Assembly (NCBI GenBank): GCA_002269645.1
Contig: NIVC01001898.1
Location: forward strand, 116,535-138,693
Reading direction: 5' to 3'
From: Macrostomum lignano
Taxonomy: Eukaryota
DNA: 22,159 bases
Shown: piece by piece, positions 1 to 10,423 of the stretch
Position numbering within the stretch: position 1 is the stretch's first letter
How the letters are laid out: every line of letters begins with the position of its first letter
Translations under genes and position numbers: made by a program
The notes under the pieces: model-generated
The model's database searches: none
What the model was told of the DNA's origin: nothing
The model's input: only the letters and a program-made list of their open reading frames with translations

Positions 1-447
1 TTCAGTTGGAGACCCTCATACGGTCACGTGTGTGAGAGAGAAGCAGCGGATTCAGTGGCCCATAGGGACCTAGAGTTGCCAAGGACCTGCTTTGGAACAA
101 GCAAATTCGGCTCTGATGGGGATTAGGGAGACGGCAGAATAGGCAGGGGGAGCTGGCAGGAAGTTGCTTGCCTGGACTGTGTTGGACTTGTCTGACTCGC
201 GGTCGATAGAAAAACTCCTCAATGGTAAGAGATGACTAATTTCAGCTCGCTCGCTGGCTAACTTTCTTTTTATATTTTTCAGTCCCTGGTGTACAGTATA
301 TTCTTGCTAAATCTGAATCTCATTTAGCAGATCATGATGGTTAGGCCTGTGCACTTTGCTATAATTTGTCAGTTGCACAACATATCGGCGCGACTATGTC
401 TCATTCTTTGTTTTTTCCACTAGTAGAATAAAGCAGAATCTGGAACA
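1..447 (+). mobile_element. Possible 3' part of an LTR (non-coding, intron-containing), truncated by the window edge
   Basis: No long ORF. Canonical 58-nt GT-AG intron (GTAAGA at 225, CTAAC near 258, TTTCTTTTTATATTTTTCAG ending 282), AATAAA near 427, and a possible ...AATCTGGAACA end at 447. The layout parallels 19178-19867. It could instead be the 3' UTR of an upstream gene. Confidence 0.25.
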
Positions 448-1999
448 GCACTTCGAGTGTCCACTTCATCAACTCGAACTCGAAGAGCTCAATCGAACTC
501 TTCTACTCCTCCACCCCACTCTCTCTGCTCATTACCGATCTGGCCTAGAAAGCGAAGCCTAAAACGGAAAGAACGGCTTAAATCCTATTCCACTCTAAAC
601 TCCACGACTCGCTCCATCTCGCCCAACTCCGGCGCACGCCATTTATAGCGGCGCGTGGAAAACTCTCAATTGAAGTATCATGGTAGTTCACAGGCCTACT
701 CGACACGTTCTGCCTCCGCCTATCTTTCTATGCGGAAGGCCGTGAAGAGGACCTGCCTTCGGTGTAACTATATCAAGAATTTTTTTGGTCTTGAAGCTTC
801 TTTTCAAAGAAATTAATCCGAAAAACTTGATCAGAATAGTCGGGAAGACAAAAAGCAGAAGTTAGAGGAGGAAAAACTGGTCCAGATAGCGAGCTCTCCT
901 CCCTCTCCCGCGGTCCCCAAGGCCCGGGCGAGCGAGCTTTAATCAAGACAGAAAGAGTGAAAGCGCCACGCCGACGTTGTCAAAAGTTGTTTTCAGTTCT
1001 TATCTTTTTAGCCGCACTAATTGTTCGGAATGAGCGACAGTTCAGGCCTCGGCGAGGCAGCTCCGGCCTCAGTTCAATCGACTTGGCTACTGAGAAAACT
1101 TGCCAAAGCTACGCAAATTGAACGGAAAGAGCACTAGGGGCAACGGTCGATTGGATTTGGGATTTGTAAATGCGGATCTGGGGGCACCCTAGCCAGCGCT
1201 CCGATCCCATCTCAAGGGATTTGGCGACAGCGTCTGTCGTTAGGGTGCAGCTGTGAAAGCTCCGTGTCGTTCCAGTATCTATAGCTGGGAGACCGGTTGT
1301 GGCTTAAACAAAAGCTAGGAAGCTGACACTTCCGGGTTGGTTGCCTGCAATGCCCTGTCCACCCAGCAGCAAAATCCACGATGAATGTCTTTAGCGGCTT
1401 TCTTTGCAGCTTGCCAAAGCAGTCAGTCTTGGCATGGCTTTCCTTGCTAATTTTAAAATCAAAGTTATTGACAATCTATGAAATTTGCTATGTGCTTTTC
1501 AATCCTATTCAATGCATCGATTTGTAGCAAAACCAGTGAAATTAAACAAAAAACATGAAATTAAACAAACAGGAGATAGAACTTTTTTCTTGAGTAAGCG
1601 CTGTCCCATTCCGAGAATGGGAAAGCAATAGAACTGCAATTAAGTTGATCGCAGAGCTTAATAATTATGGATAGTGACTTCCTTCCTGACTGCTTTTGGT
1701 TGCTGGAGAAGGCAACCTCTTGACCTCGACAAAATTATTGAGTGAAAAATCAAAACAGAATGTAAAAAGGCAAAGATTGGTGAAAGGGGCTCTTTCAGCC
1801 TATTCGAATTGCAGCCGAATTAGAGATCAGTGTTTTCACATTTTTTTACCAAACCTTAGGACTTCTGAGCATCTTGGCATGATTTCTCTGGTTCCAGGGA
1901 GTCGTGGCTCACCGTGGCTTTCTGATTCTTGGTTTCTGTGTCAATTTCGATTCATATGGATTTCATTTTCTTACCATTTCCTTTCTAAAACCATCAGTT

Positions 2000-2109
2000 T
2001 ACCTACCTACCCACCTACCTACCTACCTACCTAGCTACTACCTACCTACCTACCTACCTACCTACCTACCTACCCAACTACCTACCTACCCACCTACCTA
2101 CCTACCCAC

Positions 2110-2110
<1 letters not shown>
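2000..2110. repeat. (CCTA)n tetranucleotide microsatellite, first part of a compound array
   Basis: Tandem ACCT units with occasional CCCA/CCAA variants, running directly into the TATC array. Confidence 0.95.
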
Positions 2111-2566
<456 letters not shown>

Positions 2567-3400
2567 CAGTCCAGTCTAGTCTTATTAAAGAGCCTTCACG
2601 CGCCAGTCAATCAGGATGCAGGAGGCTCAGCAAACACAGACAGACAGAAAATCCCACACAGCCAGCCAAACAGCCCCAGCAACCAGCTCCGAAGGCCCCA
2701 ACTGCTGTGGATACACAAGTACTCCCAGTCAGGAACAGTCGAGAAAAGAAAACACTGCATTTCCAGATTTCTAGACAGTCCGCCGAACCCGGCGACTCGA
2801 AGCTTCGGAGCCGCAGCGCCCTTGCGCATGATTAAGGGTTCAATAATGCGCAGTGGACTGCACCGAAGGCCCTCCATAATTAATCAGCGGCTGGATGGGG
2901 TAGGAGTCAGACAGAGGCTTCTCGCGTAGGATTTCGAGTGACGAATAGAGTTAGCAACCGACCAGCCCGAGTGTTTCTTTGGTGGAGAAAGATGGTTAAG
3001 CGAGTATAGCGCGAGAAATGGATCGGTGGGCTATTGGCTACGATAATGTTCTCAGGATGGCTGTGGGCACCGTGGCGGAATACGTTCGGCGGCACCGCGT
3101 CCCGCAACCAATGTGCTGAGGCAACTCGATCTTGCCTCGATCTCGTCGCGACTACGGATTTGTCTCAAGATCCCGTCTAGACCTCTGAAAATATTTGTCC
3201 ACTGCTACAAGAAGAACTTCACTGGATAGTAATTTAAAAAGAGGACACCAGACTTCAGCTTTATAGACATTTGAATTTTTTAACTTTTACTATGGCATAA
3301 TTTTCAGCAGCGTGTAATGCATGCGTTTGATTCGCTAGCTTTCTTTAATTTTTCTAAGAATTCCGTTTATATGATCAAGTATACGATCATTGATAAAAAT

Positions 3401-3745
3401 TTATTGATTATATTTATTGATTTATGATTAATTATTGGTTATTGATTTTCGCAAATGATTTTTTATTTTAGCCTTTTATTATTGATTTTTTTATTTTGGA
3501 TTTCTGCTTTTGATTGTTGACTATTGGTTATTGATTATTGATTATTGATTATTGATTTTTGATTTTTGATTTTTGATTGTTGATTGTTGATTATTGATTA
3601 TTGATTATTGACTATTGGTTATTGATTTTTTGTTAATAGATTTATTTGATTATGGATAGTTTATTATTTATAGTAATTTTTTGTTTATTGTTTGTCAATT
3701 AATAATTTTTATTATTGATTGTTCAAACAATATTATTATTTATTG
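3401..3745. repeat. Degenerate AT-rich (TTATTGA)n heptamer repeat
   Basis: Repeated TTATTGA/TTTTTGA/TTGTTGA units, densest at ~3520-3630. Confidence 0.85.
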
Positions 3746-4304
3746 GTTTTCAATTTTTGATGTTCGTGTTTTGAATAATGATTCTTTATATTACTTATTT
3801 AAGATCAAATAAAGATTTTGCCACAGACCATTTTGGACTGGAACCGCCCTGCCAAGAAAACAATATCTCTAGAAAGTTAGTGACAATCCATATGTTGCAT
3901 ATTCTGCGGCATTAGTCAAGTGGAGCCTTCTTGCCTCTTCAGCATGCCTCTTCAGTTTCAGACCAGAAGAAGTAGCATGTAGCATGTACTTAGCTATAGG
4001 GCTTGAGTGAAGGAAGGGCCGGGACTCTGGGGCTGGTTGAGCTCAGATGGGGTACATAGATACAGGATAAGGATTTGCTGAGTTTGCTCTGCTGTCCTCA
4101 GGTCATATACACTTTATGATCAATTGAATATCTTGTTATTTTAGCCTCTCTAGGCTTTGCACTATGAAATTATTTGAAGACACACACGAAGCAATGCAAG
4201 CAGGGACCTCTGTTGATAACGTCTGGACTGGAATTTTTTAGTTTTCGTGGCGTTACACGATATACAGTTGTAAATTCAGCTCAGTTAGGTTGTCCCTTCG
4301 CTGT

Positions 4305-4571
4305 GCTCCGTGCTCAATACTCGGTACCCAGTACTCAGTACTCAGTTCTCAGTGCTCAGTGCTCAGTGCTCAATGCTCAATGCTTAGTGCTCAATGTTCA
4401 GTGCTCAGTGCTCAATGTTCAGTGCTCAGTGCTCAATGCTCAATGCTTAGTGCTCAATGTTCAGTGCTCAGTGCTCAATGTTCAGTGCTCAGTGCTCAAT
4501 GTTCAGTGCTCAGTGCTCAATGTTCAGTGCTCAGTGCTCAATGTTCAGTGCTCAGTGCTCAATTCTCAGTG
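4305..4571. repeat. Minisatellite of 7-bp units (CTCAGTG) organised as a 21-bp higher-order unit
   Basis: CTCAGTG-CTCAATG-TTCAGTG triplet repeated. This explains the periodic ORFs (VLNVQCS) in the track. Confidence 0.93.
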
Positions 4572-4735
4572 TACAGCAGGGTAAAAGTTCCCCAATTTCC
4601 AGCCGTTAAAAAAACTGAAATCCTGCAGCTTTCAAAAGCAGCCAGAGCATTGCAAACAAATAGAAAGGAACTTATTTCACAACCGCGAGTACCGCACGAG
4701 CTCACTTGCATTGTCTGATCTGTCTCTCCTGCAGC

Positions 4736-4756
4736 CAGCAGCAGCAGCAGCAGCAG
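4736..4756. repeat. (CAG)7 trinucleotide run
   Basis: Seven consecutive CAG units, directly after a splice-acceptor-like TCTGTCTCTCCTGCAG. Confidence 0.9.
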
Positions 4757-5384
4757 CCCCTCAATGCGATCGACTGGCTTGACGCCCGAGCTCTCCGATA
4801 AATTGGGAGAAGTCAGTCTGAGGCAGTGGGGAAGAGAAAGTAAGAAATGGGAGACGCAGGTGCCGCCGATTCGGGTTGAAAGTTTCCAGCTGCAAGAGGA
4901 GTCACTGCGAGAACAACCCCTCTCCCCTCATCCACTCTCCCCGCTCCCTCCCGAGGAAGACTTCCCACGAGCAGGGTTCAAAAGAATCCCAAGGCCCTAG
5001 AAATCCTTTTTTCTGCCTTTTCTCTCAAGCTGAGGACTGCTGGAGCAGAAGCAGCGTCACCTTTTCCAGTCTTCCCAGCCATAGCGTCGTTTCGTCTCAG
5101 TTGCAGTCGCCTCGGGCAACCAAACTTCCTGTAACAATGCTGCGCGGCCTAGTTCCAACTTCTCCCTGCCAAGGTGAAGAGCAGGCAAGAGAGGAACACG
5201 CGCCCATGCGATTGTTTGCCGTGCAAAGGCAGCTAAATCTTTAGCTGTAAAAATGACAAAGGAAATGATGGTTTGGTGAGGAAGGAAAAATGGAGTGAAA
5301 GTTTGCTCGATTTAAATTTACTACTATACGTATCGGCAAGCAGCAAAGATTCTATGACAGACGCAGAGTGGGAAGAGACGCTAA

Positions 5385-5557
5385 GGTACGTAAATATTCC
5401 ATCATCCGCCCATTTTACTACTGGGTGACTGAAAGCAATGCAGAGTTTCAAGTGTCTTGCTCAAGGACACAAATCGTTCCGAGTGAGTCGAGAATCGAAC
5501 CCCCGACCTTTCACTCGTGAGTCCGACACTCTAACCACTAGGCTACAACCCTTGGCC
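5385..5557 (-). mobile_element. tRNA-derived SINE with MIR-like CORE domain
   Basis: On the minus strand: pol III A-box TAGCCTAGTGG (5545-5535) and B-box GGTTCGATTCT (5501-5491), then TGTGTCCTTGAGCAAGACACTTGAAACTCTG...CAGTAGTAAAATGGG (5473-5409). That segment resembles the MIR CORE as recalled (GTGACCTTGGGCAAGTCACTTAACCTCTCTG...CTGTAAAATGGG). The anticodon stem does not pair, so it is not a tRNA. The 3' boundary is approximate. Confidence 0.75.
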
Positions 5558-5830
5558 ACTATAGGCTATTTTCAGCATTAGCTGGGGTAATTCAAGGTGT
5601 GTGGTGACTCCCCAGTAATAGCCGTACGCAGCCTTCAGATGCGCCCAATATCTATTCAGACCGTAAGAAAAATCTGAGTACAGGTTCTCTGGCAGCCAAT
5701 TTCTGGATTTCGTGAAAAAATTGAAATTGATTATTCGAGAATGGAGAAGCTGACGTTTTTCAATGAAACACAAGGCAGAATCGAGTACATCCATCTTTGT
5801 GTCTATCTCTTCAAACTGGTCGTATTAAGA

Positions 5831-5836
5831 TTTATT
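5831..5836 (-). terminator. Candidate polyadenylation signal of the DEG/ENaC gene
   Basis: AATAAA on the minus strand, ~215 nt after the stop at 6050. Confidence 0.5.
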
Positions 5837-6049
5837 GAATGAGAGCAGAGAAAATGCGAATGGTTTGAAAATAGTAACAGTCACAAACATATTGCAGAAC
5901 ACAGACTGGATCCGAGCTTTGGCCTTGCTCACTTTGCGGGATGGCGAGAGGGTGAAGTTTCTACGCTATAGTGTCTACCAAAACTAATCCTAGGAATGAA
6001 TGACTCAGGGTTCTCTTGTTACGGGTAGGATGGTGTTGATCAGCTCAGG

Positions 6050-8289
6050 TCAACCGAGCGTCGCAGTGCCGACATGCAGTGTGCCGGCAGGTGCCGCGCT
6101 GCGGCTGCAGCCGTCGCCTGCTCTCCACTGACGTTGCCGATTGGTTGGCGGCAGCGGCGGCGGCAGCAACGGCGGCGGTGGTGGCGGCGGCCGCGGGGGC
6201 AGCGTCGACCGCAACTCCGGAGCTGCCGGCCCGCCGCTGACGCCACAGCATGTTGTCGGCGACAACGAAGACGATGTCGGTGAAGAGGCGGCCGCAGCCG
6301 CCAGCACAGTGTTCAAGCAGCGACGCCTCGCTCGGCTGTCAGCCAGAAACAGCAGCAGAGCGTCAAGCGTCTCCAGCAGCGTCACCAGAGATGCTCCCAG
6401 AAGCAGACCGAGTGCGCCGCCGCAGTCGGCCAGGAAGGCGCTGAGCGGGTAGAGCCAGACCTCCATCAACTGGCGTTCGGTCAGGGCCGACGGTCGAATC
6501 TCCAGCATGCCGGTGGACTCCTGCAGCACCTGGTAGGCGTAGATGGTGAACTCCGTATCCTTAAGCCGTCGCAGGTAGGCCTGAACGTGCAGGCTGGCGT
6601 TCCGTCGACGAGCCTCTGGTTCGAGGACTTCGCGTTCAATTGGCGCACATTCTGCGCGATGTAGGCCGCCTGCATGGTGTCCGTGGAGCGAAACCAGGGC
6701 CCAGAGTCCACCTGAGCGGAGTACCTGGTCGACACTGGGTCTGGCTGCACGCTACCAGCCTTAGTCTCCTGCGCCGATATCAGCTTGGGAAACCGCTTCA
6801 GGAAGCAGTCAACAGACCGTTTGAACCCGGCGTAGTTGTACGTATCCTCGATCCACCTGCTGCGCTGGTCGCTGTCGCTAATGTACAGGTAGCGGCCCAT
6901 GTAGTGCACTCGGTCGGGGTCGAACAGCAGCAGGGCTGGGTCGCGAATCCCGATGCAGGCGGGCGCAGCGTTGGCTCCCTCGGCCACCGTCAGCGGCAAA
7001 ACGTCGCTGACGCAGTCGCATTCGGCCATCAGGTCGGCTTGTCGCTGGGCCAGCATACGGTCGGACAGCTGGCTGGCAAAGGAGCGGCACCAGCGACGCT
7101 GCCCGCCGAAGCAGTACTCAACCGAGGTGAGCATCCGGTTGAGCGACAGCTGCACGGAGGCGTCGTCTTCCAGACTGGCTCGCCAGACGCGGCGCATCCG
7201 GATTCGCATGGAGGTGACGCGGCCGCTGGCCACGTGAGCGACTTGGTTGAAGGTCGGCCAGGTCATGGGCGGGTGCAGCGTCGCTGTGAAGCTGTGCCGG
7301 TGAGTCATGCTGGTCTGGGGATCGGCCGTGAGCAGCCAGTCCCGAGGAGTCAGGGTGTACAACTGCAGCACAAGGCCAGGCGTGTCGTGGTCCAGGTAGG
7401 AGGAATACACTGTCCGCCTGGGCGGGTGGTAGGTCAGACAGGAGCCGTAGGATGGATGAAAGAATATTGAGAAATTGCTCATTGAGCAGAGTTGGCCTTG
7501 GTAGCGGCAGTAAGCGACTAGGTCTAGCGGCGTGAGCACGGCACTCGAGTTAAGATAATAACGAAACACGCTTGGCAGAGCCAGTTTTGAGGTGTACTCT
7601 CGCTGGGCCTGGGGCAGGTGCTGGTAGGACAGGTTATTGTACAGCACGTAGCTCCAGAAGGCCCGGGCTGTGGTCAGGGCGATGTCGACCCCCAAACTGC
7701 GATTGCTGCCGTTCAAGTTGTCGGGCTTGCCGACATCTCGGCGATAAAATGGGCTGGGCGGGCAGACGGTCACGTCAGGGAACACGAACGGCGTCTCGCG
7801 GCCCTGCGCCAGCACCGTGTAGCCGCTGTTGAACAGAGCGGCCAGCCGCCACAAGTGAAATCCGCTGACCGCCGTGCAGACAACAAATGCGATGAGCCAC
7901 AGGGACTTCACTGGCGGCGATCGGTGCAGGAATTTCAACGCGAACGGCGTCAGCACCAGACGGTGGTAGGTGGCCGTGACGCGCTTTGTAGCGGCCGCGG
8001 CGGCGGAAGCTGTCGCGCCGGCTCTGGGCTGATAGCGGTGGTAGTGATTGCTGCTTCTATGAACTTGGTGGTTTTGATGCAGCTGCTGCTGCTGGTGAGC
8101 TGCCGGCATCAGCAGGGAACCGGTCGGCGGAACTCCTCCGCCACCGACTGACTGCAAAGGCGGCGGAGGCGGCGGCGGCGGCGGCGGCAGTGAAGGAGCT
8201 CCGTACGAGGAGGCTGGTGGCTTGCGTGACACTGACGCGAACGTGCCTTCGTCCGAGTCTTCAAAATCAAAGCTGTACCGTCCGAGCAT
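6050..8289 (-). CDS. DEG/ENaC (ASIC-like, amiloride-sensitive sodium channel family) subunit; intronless, ~746 aa if one frameshift near 6601 is corrected
   Basis: ORF 8289-6481 has AAAACATG start context, TM1 (LWLIAFVVCTAVSGFHLWRL), FPDVTVC, YCRYQGQLC, YGSCLTY, GLVLQL, VASGRVTSMRI, ECDC and YSAQVDSGPW. The adjacent frame continues NASLHVQAY...YPLSAFLADCGGALGLLLGASLVTLLE (TM2 with GAS belt) to TGA at 6052-6050. The 2240-nt span is one base short of a whole number of codons. Assembly error versus pseudogene cannot be decided here. Confidence 0.92.
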
Positions 8290-8668
8290 GTTTTGAGACG
8301 GATCTCTCTTGTTGAGCTGTGGGTGGTTTGCCTGCTACGAGTAACTGTATTCGCACCTGGCTAAGCTTCGCAGATCTCCCTTGGCTGGGTAAAAAGGCGC
8401 TGCAAGATGACACTCGCGATTTAGACGGCCCCGAATTTAGAAGGTCTGGTGTTTTCCCTTCTGCCGGCTGTGAGCGCCACGCCAATTGGCCCAGCGGCAG
8501 GAGAAGACCAGCGGAGGAGGATCGTCACTGAGTGGGAGTAGAGGATCCACCCGCATAGCTCAGGACCTCCGGATATGACCCGCCGGAGACTGCACCCAAT
8601 CAAACTTCGCCCAGCTCTAGGATTTCTTCTCTTTCACCACCCGAAGACTTGAGGTTCAAACTTCTTGC

Positions 8669-8689
8669 GGGTGGGTGGGCCGGGGAGGG
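8669..8689 (+). other. Canonical G-quadruplex motif (five G-tracts, 1-2 nt loops)
   Basis: GGGTGGGTGGGCCGGGGAGGG. Further G10 (8746-8755) and G12 (9214-9225) runs lie nearby. Confidence 0.7.
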
Positions 8690-9586
8690 AGTTTAAGGGC
8701 TAAAGTTCACGGCAGCCTGCATGCAGAATGGGCCGTTTTGGATGAGGGGGGGGGGAGAGGCCGTTCGTTCGAGACCCTCCTGAAGCCTCCTACTCACCCA
8801 GCTGCCCGCGCCACTTGCTGCAGCAACGCAAACCCCTCCCCACCCAACTGGTCTTCGCTAGCTTTTTGGTTTGTACGCGGGATCGGGGATTATTTTAGTT
8901 GGCGGTCGGGACTATTGGGCCGAACAGAATCCGCTGTGTAGCCAGCCTGGCTTTGAGCACTGGTGAAGCAGGGGATTGGGAGCCCAGGAGGGAAAGGAAC
9001 CTGTTGACGCGTCAGTGAAGTGGGAGACAGAGAGGGTACGGGGAGGGAAAGAGATGTGCAGCGACCAGCTTCCAGTCATAGGAGGACCTTGTGGCCCTCT
9101 TTCCGCTATTAAAATCGATCCGCCCTATTCACACTGATTAGGTTAGACCCGACTACTGCCCGCTGAAGTGAACGCAGTGCGCTGTGGCTGCCTGAGTGCC
9201 GTGAGGCTCCGTTGGGGGGGGGGGGTGGTTAAGATTGGCACCGTCTGAGTGCGACGGGGGAAAGCAGCACTGGACGAAATCAATTGTTAGAAAACATATT
9301 TTCAACAAAGAAGACTCGCTGAAGCAACAATAGCTTTTGCTGTTGAAGACGAGTCGTAATTAAATGAGCTGGATTCCGGTACGGTAAGGAATGTGCTCCC
9401 GTATATTCATCAGATCGCTAGTGTACAAGCTATCATCGGATTCTTCTCTGCCGAATTTGTCTAAAACGAAGCCCCATTCAGCGCCACGACGAATATACGC
9501 TTGTGTACGTCACTTGACGAACTCCAACTCATTTGTAAGAAGATCGAGTGTAGCGTTCTGCTACTTCATAGCTTCAAATATAAATG

Positions 9587-10043
9587 GTGTCCAAGTGTCT
9601 GTCCGACTGCCTGTCCAAGTGTCTGTCCGACTGCCTGTCCAAGGTCCTGTCCAAGTCCCTGCCCAAGTATCTGTCCGAGTGTCTTTCCGAGTGTCTGTCC
9701 AAGTGTCCGAGTGCCTGTCCAAGGTCCTGTCCAAGTCCCTGCCCAAGTTTCTGTCCGAGTGTCTCTCCGAGTGTCTGTCCGAGTGCCTGTCCGAGTGCCT
9801 TTCCAAGGTTTTTCCCTTGTGTTTCTCCAAGTGCCTGTCCGAGTGTCTGTCCAAGTGTCTGTCCAAGGTCCTGTCCAAGTCCCTGTCCAAGTCCCTGTCC
9901 AAGTATCTGTCCGAGTGTCTGTCCAAGTGCCTGTCCGAGTGTCTGTCCGAGTGCCTGTCCGAGTGTCTTTCCGAGTGCCTTTCCGAGTGTCTGTCCGAGT
10001 GTCTGTCTGAGTGCTTCTTCAAGTGCCTATCCAACTGCCTGTC
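9587..10043. repeat. 12-bp minisatellite (AGTGTCTGTCCG and variants), ~38 units
   Basis: Tandem GTGTCTGTCCRA/GTGCCTGTCCRA/GGTCCTGTCCAA units, followed by a short (GTCT)n near 10090-10110. It explains four overlapping repetitive ORFs. Confidence 0.93.
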
Positions 10044-10409
10044 TCCAGAGACTTTCGTGTTTGTCTGTGGTTTTCTTATCGTTTGTCTTATCTGTCTGTC
10101 TGTCTGTCTGCCTGAGTACATTTCATGCTGTCTGTTTTATTGCATTTCGAAGTGTCCGCCTAGCCTCTGACAATGTATCTCTCCGAGTCTTCTAAATCCG
10201 CATGATTCTCAGCAGTCGGAGCCGGCTCACTCAAGCAGGGACTCTCTTCTTCGCCAGGTGTTGGCAGCGCCCAGGCCCAGCCAAGCGAAGCCCCCAATTT
10301 GCCGCCTCTCCCTGTCCCGACTCAGCTGGGCAAAGTCAAATTTCCTTCGCGCACACATTTCTTACAGCTCACGCGCCGCTGCTCAAGGCTCCGAGACCTG
10401 CTTAAGTCT

Positions 10410-10423
10410 CGCGCGCGCGCGCG
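10410..10423. repeat. (CG)7 dinucleotide run in a GC-rich segment
   Basis: CGCGCGCGCGCGCG followed by TGT, giving 17 nt of purine-pyrimidine alternation. Confidence 0.85.

Noticed and set aside
342-698. Inverted repeats TAGGCCTGTGCACT / AGTTCACAGGCCTA suggesting a MITE
   Set aside because: Only 13/14 bp; no target-site duplication beyond a possible TA; it conflicts with the LTR-like end at 447; such matches are near chance level.
5105-5119. Second X-box-like motif GTCGCC-TCG-GGCAAC
   Set aside because: It fits only the relaxed variable-spacer consensus and is not near a recognisable ciliary gene start.
5480-5557. tRNA gene
   Set aside because: A and B boxes are present, but the anticodon and acceptor stems do not pair and a CORE-like domain follows, so it is a SINE head.
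6074-8151. Plus-strand ORFs antisense to the ENaC gene (e.g. 6640-7470, 7618-8151, 6141-6452)
   Set aside because: Shadow ORFs expected from the high GC3 of the minus-strand CDS; no recognisable domain.
9391-10195. Four long overlapping ORFs (SECL, CPSV, VSVR, DRHS repeats)
   Set aside because: All derive from the 12-bp minisatellite, whose unit is a multiple of three and stop-free.
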